This document shows, piece by piece, positions 56,135 to 64,000 of a DNA stretch of 64,000 nucleotides. Origin of the DNA: Armatimonadota bacterium (GTDB lineage Bacteria > Armatimonadota > UBA5829 > DSUL01); contig JBDHZC010000001.1 of assembly GCA_039811685.1 (NCBI GenBank), forward strand, positions 128,001 through 192,000, written 5' to 3'. The notes under the pieces were generated by a model, which searched no databases, was not told the origin of the DNA, and saw only the letters and a list, made by a program, of their open reading frames with translations. Both the position numbers and the translations under genes were made by a program. Every line of letters starts with the position of its first letter. The first letter of the stretch is position 1.

Positions 56135-58522
56135 CTATCCCTCGCTCCAGCGCCATTCGTTCACTTCTTGCATGTCCTCGCCGTTTTCCCTGATGTAAGA
56201 CTTGTGCAATGCCAGCTTCTCATTGAACATGTCTATGACAGCGCCTGCCTGTGACCTCAGTCTTGGCACACGGCGCAGGGCTTCGGCCGCGAGGTGAAAA
56301 CGGCTCATGCCGTTCACGACAACCATGTCAAACGGTGTTGTAGTCGTACCCTCTTCCTGATAGCCCCGCACGTGAAAGCGCTCTGGATTTGGACGGTGGT
56401 GGATGAGTTCATGAATGACCTTCGGGTACCCGTGGAAGCCGAATACAACCGGAGCGTCCTCCATAAAGATGTCGGCAAACGCTTGCTCATCCAGTCCGTG
56501 CGGGTGGTCACGATGAGACTCCAGTGTGAGCAAATCGACTATATTTACCACCCTCACTCTCAGATTGGGAATCTCCTGGCGAAGGTACCAGGCTGCAGCA
56601 ATCACCTCCAGTGTTGGCACATCTCCAGCCGCAGCAAGAATTACGTCCGGGCGACCCTCGTCGTTAGAAGCCCACTGCCAGACCGAGGCGCCCCGAGCGC
56701 AGTGTTCACAGGCAGCCTTCATGTCAAGCCACTGCAAGGTCGGTTGTTTGGAAGCGATAACAAGGTTCACATAATCGCGTGTGCCCAGACAGTGGTCCAT
56801 TACCGAAAGCAGGCAGTTAGCGTCCGGCGGCAGATATATGCGCACGACGCTGCTCTTTTTCGTGAGCAGTGTGTTTATGAAGCCGGGTCCCTGATGGCTG
56901 TAGCCGTTGTGATCCTGTCTCCACGCGTGTGATGTCAGCAGGTAGTTGAGCGATGCGATAGGCTTACGCCAAGGCGTCTCCCTTGAGACTTTCAGCCACT
57001 TTGCGTACTGGTTGACCATGCTGTCAACGATGGTGATGAAGGCTTCATAGCACGGGAACAACCCATGGCGGCCCGTCAACAGATAGCCCTCCAGCCACCC
57101 TTCACACAGGTGTTCACTCAGAATCTCCATTACGCGGCCGCTGCGTGAAAGGTACTCGTCTGTATCTACCGTTGGCCATTGCCACACGCGCGCTGTCGTC
57201 TCAAAGACGCTGGTGAGACGGTTGGACGTTGTCTCATCTGGACAGACGATTCGGAAGTTTCGGTTGGTTTCGTTTTGGACAAAAACGTCGCGCAGGAACT
57301 CACCCAGCACCTTCGTAGCTTCAGCCTGGGTAGCTCCTGGCTCTGAAACTTCAACATCGTAATCCCGGAAGTCCGGCAAGATTAGAGGTTCCAGAACGCC
57401 TCCACCATTTGCGTGTGGGTTCATTCCGATGCGTAACTCATCCGGAGGACAAGCTCGAATCACAGCCTGTGCCGGGCTTCCATTCTCACCGAAGAGCTCT
57501 TCCGGTTTGTAGGAACGAAGCCATTTCTCCAGTTCCCTCAAGTGCCCAGGGTTGGTCTTAGGATTTGCGATAGGCACCTGATGAGAGTGAAAAGTGTCTT
57601 CGATCGCTTGCCCATCCAGCTCCTTCGGCCCTGTCCAGCCTTTCGGTGAGCGCAGGACCATCATGGGCCATTTCGGGCGCTCCAATCGCTCGCCGCCTCG
57701 CGCCCGTGCCTGTAATGAGCGAATTTCTGCGTAAGCCTGATCCATGGTCTGCCACATCGCAGCGTGAGGATTCGGCGCCGTGTAGCAGTTGACGATGTGC
57801 ACGCTGTAGCCGTATCCTTCAAACAAAGATGTCAACTCTTCGTCAGTCATTCGGGCGAAGATGGTCGGCCCGGAAAGCTTGTAACCGTTGACATCCAGAA
57901 TCGGTAGAACCGCGCCATCTGTCGCTGGGTTAAGAAATTTATTTGAGTGCCAGCTCGCGGCAATAGGGCCTGTTTCTGCCTCTCCGTCTCCCATAACACA
58001 CGCGACAATGAGATCGGGATTGTCTAGAGCTGCGCCAAAGGCGTGGGACAGGCTGTAGCCCAGTTCGCCTCCTTCGTGAATAGTGCCCGGAGTGCTGGCG
58101 GCCAGATGGCTCGGCAGACCTTCCGGCCAGGAGAAGCTCTGAAGAAGGCGTGTAAGTCCGGATCTGTCACGCGAGAGCTCCGGGTAGTACTCGGCAAGCG
58201 TTCCCTCCAGCCACATCGTCGCCAAAATCGCGGGCGCACCGTGCCCGGGACCCACCACCAGGAGAACGCTGGACGCGGTATCCTGGATCAGACGATTGAG
58301 ATGGGCGTAGACAAAAGTGAGTCCCGGCACGGTTCCCCAGTGCCCCAGCAGCCGCGCCTTGATGTCGTCAGCTGTAAGTTTTCTCTCCAGGAGTACATTA
58401 CTCCGCAGATAAAGCTGTGCAGCGCCCAGGTAGTTAGCCGCTCGCCAGTAAGATTGCAGATCGTCCAACCGATCTGTCATTGCCTTTGTCTGCAATGTTT
58501 CCGCAGTCTGTGCCATGGTCAA
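56135..58522 (-). CDS. xfp: Xylulose-5-phosphate/fructose-6-phosphate phosphoketolase
   Basis: LLGHWGT, HEGGELGY, GDGEAETG (ThDP), CPDETTSNRL, EILSEHLCEGWLEGY, QDHNGYSHQGP. Confidence 0.96.
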   Translation of the reverse strand: MTMAQTAETLQTKAMTDRLDDLQSYWRAANYLGAAQLYLRSNVLLERKLTADDIKARLLGHWGTVPGLTFVYAHLNRLIQDTASSVLLVVGPGHGAPAILATMWLEGTLAEYYPELSRDRSGLTRLLQSFSWPEGLPSHLAASTPGTIHEGGELGYSLSHAFGAALDNPDLIVACVMGDGEAETGPIAASWHSNKFLNPATDGAVLPILDVNGYKLSGPTIFARMTDEELTSLFEGYGYSVHIVNCYTAPNPHAAMWQTMDQAYAEIRSLQARARGGERLERPKWPMMVLRSPKGWTGPKELDGQAIEDTFHSHQVPIANPKTNPGHLRELEKWLRSYKPEELFGENGSPAQAVIRACPPDELRIGMNPHANGGGVLEPLILPDFRDYDVEVSEPGATQAEATKVLGEFLRDVFVQNETNRNFRIVCPDETTSNRLTSVFETTARVWQWPTVDTDEYLSRSGRVMEILSEHLCEGWLEGYLLTGRHGLFPCYEAFITIVDSMVNQYAKWLKVSRETPWRKPIASLNYLLTSHAWRQDHNGYSHQGPGFINTLLTKKSSVVRIYLPPDANCLLSVMDHCLGTRDYVNLVIASKQPTLQWLDMKAACEHCARGASVWQWASNDEGRPDVILAAAGDVPTLEVIAAAWYLRQEIPNLRVRVVNIVDLLTLESHRDHPHGLDEQAFADIFMEDAPVVFGFHGYPKVIHELIHHRPNPERFHVRGYQEEGTTTTPFDMVVVNGMSRFHLAAEALRRVPRLRSQAGAVIDMFNEKLALHKSYIRENGEDMQEVNEWRWSEG

Positions 58523-58756
58523 TCTCCGTTCACTCTCATTATCGAGACGGTCGAATTCGCCCGCCCAAAGGCGTCCTGTGGCTCTTCACAAGCATACCCG
58601 TTGCTTATTAAGACAAACTGCGGCACGCAGACACGAAATCCTGCTCAAGACCAGGCCATTTGCGGGAATACCCATGGCAGGGTAGAGTGCGGCAGAATTG
58701 ATTGAAGAAGGAGAGTTGATTTCGCCATAATTGTTCGGGATGACAAGCAACGCAGG

Positions 58757-60223
58757 ATGACAGAAAGCCCCGTCAACGTTTCTCGGCTGCCGTTCCGTAT
58801 GGAACCAGACGCCAGCCGCGTTATTACGCGCTTCTTCGGTTGGCAGGAAGAGCCACGCAACATTCGCCGTATTGAGCGAGTGCTGGAAATTCCCGAGGAA
58901 GAGGTTCTCTCCGAAGTGACTGTACTGGAAGAGCAGTACGGCGCCCAGCATCCGGATATCGTACCTATCTGGTTAGAGCACTTTGGCCGTATTGCGCACC
59001 TGGTCCCAAGCACCGAAGCCAGTCTGACCGATGCGCGCAAGCTCCTCATTGGCGCTTACTTCACAATGGAGTACGCCATTGAGTCCGCCGCTCTGTTCAA
59101 CCCTTCCATCATCGCTACGCGCGATCAGGAAAATCTACCAGAAGGCTCGACGCGATTCTTGATGAGCCTGCGTGCGACTGGTGAGGGGCACCTGTCCTCC
59201 ATTGTCTTCCGTCACGGCGTTATTGACAGAGACAACCACATTACTATAGACGAGCCGCCTAAGACGCAGCGACCTCTTCGCGGAGTCTCTGACGCTCTGT
59301 TCAGCACGCGGCGCTTCCGGCGAATCCTTGGCGACATCGGCGCTCTCGATGCGTTTCAGGAGAGAGTGCTCGACAGAGTAGGCGATGAGTTCAGCCTGCA
59401 CGAGCTTAACGAAGCGCTGGAATCCGAACGCAACGCGGAACCACTGCCCAGCGCCTGGCAGCAGAGCGCGGAAAACATGCTCACGCTCGCCAAGTCCAAC
59501 TACCGCCTTCTGATTCCTCCCGATGCAGACCCGGCAGGGATGGTTATCTTTCCACGATCCGACAATGAGAGCCGCGGCATTGAAGACCTGAGGCTGGTGC
59601 AGTTCGTGGAGGATGATGGGAGTGTCATTCTCTACGGTACTTACACGGCTTTCAACGGATTTGTGACATTCCCGACACTGATGGAGAGCCGGGACCCGCG
59701 CTTCATCGACATCCACGTTCTTGCCGGGCGCTATGCTCTGAATAAGGGCATGGCGTTGTTTCCGCGGCGGATCAACGGCAAGTACATTATGTCTGGCAGA
59801 CTTGACGGAGAATCTCTCTACATACTGGAATCGAACAACGTCCTTGTCTGGAACGAAGGGCGGTTGGCGCAGGAACCAAAGTACTCCTGGGAACTCTCAC
59901 TCATCGGCAACTGCGGCTCGCCAATAGAAACGTCTGAAGGATGGCTTCTGCTGACACACGGCGTTGGGCCGATGCGCCAGTACTGCATTGGAGCGACGTT
60001 GCTAGATCTGGACGATCCCGCGAAAGTCATCGGCCGCCTCAAGAACCCGCTGATCATGCCGACGGGACACGAACGCATTGGGTATGTCCCCAACGTGGTT
60101 TACACATGTGGGGCTCTTGTCCACCACGAATCTCTGGTCATCCCCTACGCCATGAGCGACATGGTCACCACGTTTGCTCTGGTAAATCTGGAAGAGCTTC
60201 TCTATTCCCTGAAACGTGATTAG
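58757..60223 (+). CDS. GH130-family glycosidase with N-terminal extension
   Basis: EYAIESAALFNPS, SLRATGEGHLSSI, GIEDLR, NKGMALFPR, GYVPNVVYTCG. Confidence 0.85.
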   Translation: MTESPVNVSRLPFRMEPDASRVITRFFGWQEEPRNIRRIERVLEIPEEEVLSEVTVLEEQYGAQHPDIVPIWLEHFGRIAHLVPSTEASLTDARKLLIGAYFTMEYAIESAALFNPSIIATRDQENLPEGSTRFLMSLRATGEGHLSSIVFRHGVIDRDNHITIDEPPKTQRPLRGVSDALFSTRRFRRILGDIGALDAFQERVLDRVGDEFSLHELNEALESERNAEPLPSAWQQSAENMLTLAKSNYRLLIPPDADPAGMVIFPRSDNESRGIEDLRLVQFVEDDGSVILYGTYTAFNGFVTFPTLMESRDPRFIDIHVLAGRYALNKGMALFPRRINGKYIMSGRLDGESLYILESNNVLVWNEGRLAQEPKYSWELSLIGNCGSPIETSEGWLLLTHGVGPMRQYCIGATLLDLDDPAKVIGRLKNPLIMPTGHERIGYVPNVVYTCGALVHHESLVIPYAMSDMVTTFALVNLEELLYSLKRD

Positions 60224-60305
60224 GCCGTAGCCGGACTCTCAGGGTTGGTGTATCCTTCAGGCAACATACAGCCGCGACGTTAGCGGTGTGGCAGGGAGGA
60301 TGACT

Positions 60306-61235
60306 TTGGCACGACCACTGAGCAAACTTGCGCCGGACTGGTGGGACTTTACCACTGTTGATCAGGAAATTCTGGACGAAGCGGCCCGGCTGACGCCAGA
60401 AGATCTGCAGGGCTTGTCCCGTCCGGGGTTTCAGGTGTTTATCTACGAGACTCTCGAGGATTTCTACCTGGCTGAAGCGCTCGAGTACATCACTGCCTGG
60501 AAGCAGGCCACTCCCGATCAGCCGGTGGGTGTGTGTGGCCCTATCGGCCCGACCGAGCAGCTCCCACTCGTAGCGCGTCTGGTGAATGAGCTCGATCTCG
60601 ACCTCAAGAATGCCCACTTCTGGGGGATGGATGAATGGGTGATTGATGGCAAGGAAGTTCCGCCCTCTCACCCTCTGTCATTTGCCAGAGCCGACCGCGC
60701 GCTTTGCTTTGACCGCATCAGGCGCGAACTGGCGATGCCCGATGCAAACCTGCACTTTCCTGAAGCGGACCCGAGGGATTTCGTCAAGAGCTGGGACGGC
60801 GTTCGCTGTGCTGTTATGCAGGGGGGACAGGGAGATATCAAGCACTGGGCTTTCAACGATCCGGTGCGCCGGGGTGATCAGTACAAAGATCAGCCGCCGT
60901 CGCCTGAAGAATACCTCAAACTGAGTACCCGCGTCGTTGATCTGCATCCCGTAACCATTATGCAAAATGCGCGTACATCTGGAGGAGGTAAGGTTGACCT
61001 TGTCCCGAGCCAGGCTGTGACGGTGGGTCCGGTTCAGACGTGGCAGGCGGAGAAGGTGTCAATCTGGCACGCGGGCACGCACGACAATGCGTTTGGCCAG
61101 CGGCTGACGGCGCTGATGATCTCTCAGAAGATTGCGGACAGCGCTGTGCCAATGTCGCTGCTGGCATTGCACGCAAATGTCCAGTTTAATTACTACCGCA
61201 AAGGCATCGGGACGTGCGATGTCGAAATGCACTGA
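60306..61235 (+). CDS. Glucosamine-6-phosphate deaminase/isomerase-like (NagB superfamily) protein
   Basis: [26 protein letters not shown]; start placed at TTG 60306 after GGAGG (track 60288). Confidence 0.75.
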   Translation: MARPLSKLAPDWWDFTTVDQEILDEAARLTPEDLQGLSRPGFQVFIYETLEDFYLAEALEYITAWKQATPDQPVGVCGPIGPTEQLPLVARLVNELDLDLKNAHFWGMDEWVIDGKEVPPSHPLSFARADRALCFDRIRRELAMPDANLHFPEADPRDFVKSWDGVRCAVMQGGQGDIKHWAFNDPVRRGDQYKDQPPSPEEYLKLSTRVVDLHPVTIMQNARTSGGGKVDLVPSQAVTVGPVQTWQAEKVSIWHAGTHDNAFGQRLTALMISQKIADSAVPMSLLALHANVQFNYYRKGIGTCDVEMH

Positions 61236-61332
61236 GCAGGGAGTCTCTCTGTGTCGGGCTGGCCAAAACCCGGCCGCTTACAGCGGCGATTGTGTGCCAG
61301 ACTGAGAAACCGCCGCGCGGGAAAGGGTTAGT

Positions 61333-61611
61333 ATGAAGACTGTACGCGGATGGCTGTTTGCTCTGGGAGTTTTGCTGGCGCTGCGATGGCCATCTGGGCT
61401 GTTAGTGCGCTCTTCAAGTGAGTCTGCGCGCGCTGATAGTCTGCCGGGTGAGACACCTGGGGAACATAACGTGGTCCTCTTTCAGCCGGTGCTCTTGCCT
61501 CTCGGATGCCTGCACTCAGAGCGGTCTTTCATGCCTGGTGGAGTTGTCAAAGTGAAGACTCCGAGAGATGCGCTGCGCGCAACTTACACTGTGTTGAAAG
61601 CTGACTCGTGA
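61333..61611 (+). CDS. Possible small hypothetical protein
   Basis: Signal-like N-terminus and a GTGA overlap with the next gene; no recognisable motif. Confidence 0.3.
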   Translation: MKTVRGWLFALGVLLALRWPSGLLVRSSSESARADSLPGETPGEHNVVLFQPVLLPLGCLHSERSFMPGGVVKVKTPRDALRATYTVLKADS

Positions 61612-62807
61612 CAACGATAGACGCAATCGACTTCTTCTATCTGTCCATGCCGAACGTGGAAGACATCGGAGACGGGAGTCAGGATGCGTTGCTTGTGCGG
61701 GTGTGTGCTGGTGAGTACGAAGGGTGGGGTGAGTGTGAAGCATCTCCGCTGGTCTCCATCGCCAGCCTTATCTGCCCCATGAGCCACTCCGCGTGCAAGA
61801 GCGTTTCTGCTGGCGTACTCGGCCAGAAGCTGGAAGAAATCAGCGACATCGCGCGAATCTCTGCGGAAGTTTCTCTCTCCAGTATGGACCTGCTTCAAAA
61901 GGACCATACGATGTCCGGCATCGAGATTGCCATGTGGGATTTGATGGGGCATCGCCTGCAAGCCCCCGTCTGGAGTCTGCTGGGCGACAAGCGAAGTCAC
62001 CCAAAAACTCCGTACGCCTCCGCCCTCTTTGGAGATACACCGCAGCAGACGCTGGAGAAGGGGCGCGCCATCAGGTGTGAAGGCTATCGGGCGGCAAAGT
62101 TTGGCTGGGGGCCGTTCGGAAAGACCAGCGCCAGTGACGACGAAGACCAGATTGAGGCGGCGCGGGAAGGGCTTGGCGATGACGCAGTTCTGCTCGTGGA
62201 TGTGGGATGTGTCTGGGGTGAGAATGTTGCGCGCGCGCTCGAAGTTGTAGATGCTCTGGAGCGGTGCAATGTGCTCTGGCTTGAGGAGCCTTTTCACACC
62301 GGGGCGCTTCACGCTTACAAACAGCTTTCACTGCGCAGCGGCAGCGTAAAACTGGCCGGCGGAGAAGGCTCGCACAATGCCTATATGGCGCGCCACATGA
62401 TTGACCACGCGGGCGTCGGGTTCATCCAAATTGACACCGGCCGCATAGGCGGAATAGGGCCGGCCAGAGACGTGATGGAGTACGCCCTCAGCCGCAATGT
62501 GACCTTCGTGAATCACACCTTCACCTCTCACCTTGCGCTCAGCGCTTCTCTCCAGCCTTTTGCAGGGCGCTCTGACCTGTCGTTGTGTGAGTACCCTGTG
62601 CAGCCAAAGCCACTTGCGCAGGAGCTGACGGCCAGTCACATAGAGCGAAACTCGGACGGCAGCATTCTTACGCCGGACAAGCCTGGTCTGGGAGTAGAAG
62701 TTAACCTGGAGGCCGTACGCAAGTATCTGGTCAACACAGAGATTCGCGTCAGAGGAGAGCTGCTGTATCGCACTCCAGAGATACAGAGTGAGACATCTGG
62801 AGCATGA
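61608..62807 (+). CDS. Mandelate racemase/muconate lactonizing enzyme (enolase superfamily) protein
   Basis: GWGE, IAMWDLMG, AAKFG, LLVD, WLEEP, AGGE, QID, PGLGVE. Confidence 0.9.
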   Translation: MTTIDAIDFFYLSMPNVEDIGDGSQDALLVRVCAGEYEGWGECEASPLVSIASLICPMSHSACKSVSAGVLGQKLEEISDIARISAEVSLSSMDLLQKDHTMSGIEIAMWDLMGHRLQAPVWSLLGDKRSHPKTPYASALFGDTPQQTLEKGRAIRCEGYRAAKFGWGPFGKTSASDDEDQIEAAREGLGDDAVLLVDVGCVWGENVARALEVVDALERCNVLWLEEPFHTGALHAYKQLSLRSGSVKLAGGEGSHNAYMARHMIDHAGVGFIQIDTGRIGGIGPARDVMEYALSRNVTFVNHTFTSHLALSASLQPFAGRSDLSLCEYPVQPKPLAQELTASHIERNSDGSILTPDKPGLGVEVNLEAVRKYLVNTEIRVRGELLYRTPEIQSETSGA

Positions 62808-62832
62808 CGGAGTCTGGTGGATGAAAAATGCC

Positions 62833-62905
62833 TACCCCCAACGGGATTCGAACCCGTGCTACCACCGTGAAAGAGTGGTGTGCTAGGCCGCTGCACTATG
62901 GGGGC
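62833..62905 (-). tRNA. tRNA-Glu (anticodon TTC)
   Basis: Minus strand GCCCCCATAGTGCAGCGGCCTAGCACACCACT-CTTTCAC-GGTGGTAGCACGGGTTCGAATCCCGTTGGGGGTA; CCA not encoded; upstream TTGACA-17-TAAAAT. Confidence 0.96.
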
Positions 62906-63078
62906 GTGACCGATGGATTTTATACGCCGCCTTCAAGCGTGTCAACCTGTCCTGGCGAGAAAATTCCGCTTTGATGCAGAGGATGTCATCCGGGCAGGAG
63001 TTCCGGGTGTTTCGGCGAAGCGGTTACGGGCCGCGCCCGGAGGCGGTCTGGAATTTCTTATTGTAAAAGGCCGGTACT

Positions 63079-64000
63079 ATGAGCTTTGTGACCAAACTTG
63101 ATTCTCTCTGGCGGCATGTGGCCGTCACCACGCGTGAGTCGGAACAGCTGATGCTGCGCCTGCGCTCGGAGATCGACGTCGCGCACCGATTCGCCACCCA
63201 TCGCAAGGAACTGCTGGATCAGTGGGAAGGCCTTATTGGGCGTGCTCTCAAAGACTTCAGTGACACTCTCAAAGACGGGAAAGGGAGTCTGGTTGAAGCG
63301 GTGACTGCTGCGGAGGACCGTCTCGATCAGATCGGTCGCGAGCTCAAGAAATACACAATTCACTGCTGTGGACACGCGCACATTGACATGAACTGGCTGT
63401 GGCCGTGGCAGGAGACTGTCAGCGCGACGCGAGACTCCTTCACAACAGTCGACCGCCTGATGGATCTCTTTCCGGACTTCAAGTTTTCTCAGGATCAGGC
63501 GTCAGTCTATGTTGCGATGGAGCAGTATTCGCCAGAGATTTTCGAGATGATCAAACGCCGCATTGCCGAAGGACGTTGGGACCTGACGGCGAGCACCTGG
63601 GTGGAGGGTGAGAAAAATCTCTCCAGCGGCGAAGCGCTGTGCCGGCAGATGCTCTACACCAGGCGTTACTTCAAAGAGAAATTCGGGATTCCTTACGACG
63701 CCGTCAAGATTGACTGGGAGCCAGACATGTTCGGGCACTCCCGGATGTTGCCGGCTATTTTGAACCGGGGCGGTGTTACGCGCTACTACTTCTGTCGAGC
63801 GGGCAAAGAGCCGAAGCTGTTCTGGTGGAAGGCGCCTGATGGCTCCAGGGTTCTCGCATTCATGGATGATGAGTTGTGGTACAACGGTTCGATCGGCCCG
63901 GAGATGACGAATCTGTTGTTCCGGTTTGAAGCAGACACTGGGCTGAAAGACTACATGTTTATGTACGGTGTTGGCGACCATGGCGGTGGCCCGACACGAC
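63079..64000 (+). CDS. GH38 alpha-mannosidase, partial (runs off the window's right edge)
   Basis: Not in the ORF track. Read directly from ATG 63079: GHAHIDMNWLWPWQET, FSQDQA, GEALCRQ, WEPDMFGH, FWWKAPDGS, YGVGDHGGGPT. Confidence 0.93.
   Translation, partial: MSFVTKLDSLWRHVAVTTRESEQLMLRLRSEIDVAHRFATHRKELLDQWEGLIGRALKDFSDTLKDGKGSLVEAVTAAEDRLDQIGRELKKYTIHCCGHAHIDMNWLWPWQETVSATRDSFTTVDRLMDLFPDFKFSQDQASVYVAMEQYSPEIFEMIKRRIAEGRWDLTASTWVEGEKNLSSGEALCRQMLYTRRYFKEKFGIPYDAVKIDWEPDMFGHSRMLPAILNRGGVTRYYFCRAGKEPKLFWWKAPDGSRVLAFMDDELWYNGSIGPEMTNLLFRFEADTGLKDYMFMYGVGDHGGGPTR

Overview
This 64-kb window is a gene-dense, GC-rich bacterial chromosome segment. The mix of three DUF1559-type prepilin/H-X9-DG proteins, two PEP-CTERM proteins, many TPR proteins and a recurring secreted 'IGEAK...GLNNxGLL...YIDDGS' module suggests Armatimonadota or a similar diderm lineage (inference only). 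The left third is mostly housekeeping: gatCAB, an OmpR/kinase pair, a PrsA/SurA-like foldase, rsmI, TPR proteins and tRNA-Leu. The middle holds an MFP-RND-MarR-TolC efflux operon and an unusual four-gene unit (circularly permuted ATP-grasp ligase, lysine 2,3-aminomutase-like radical SAM enzyme, glutaredoxin, MBL-fold hydrolase). The right half is an accessory region of secreted and surface proteins and carbohydrate enzymes (CotH kinase, FGE-fold, EEP, CBM-like repeats, two GH130, GH38, phosphoketolase) plus tRNA-Glu. No integrase, transposase, cas gene or CRISPR array was found. The best candidates for undescribed biology are: (1) the ATP-grasp/KamA beta-amino-acid ligation unit, (2) a ~200-aa shuffled module shared by four secreted proteins that cluster with PEP-CTERM and DUF1559 genes, (3) a perfect 21-bp GTAG-hairpin tandem array in a 3' UTR, and (4) an IscR/Rrf2-type operator over the promoter of a small beta-carbonic anhydrase. 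All assignments come from motif reading by eye; no database searches were run.
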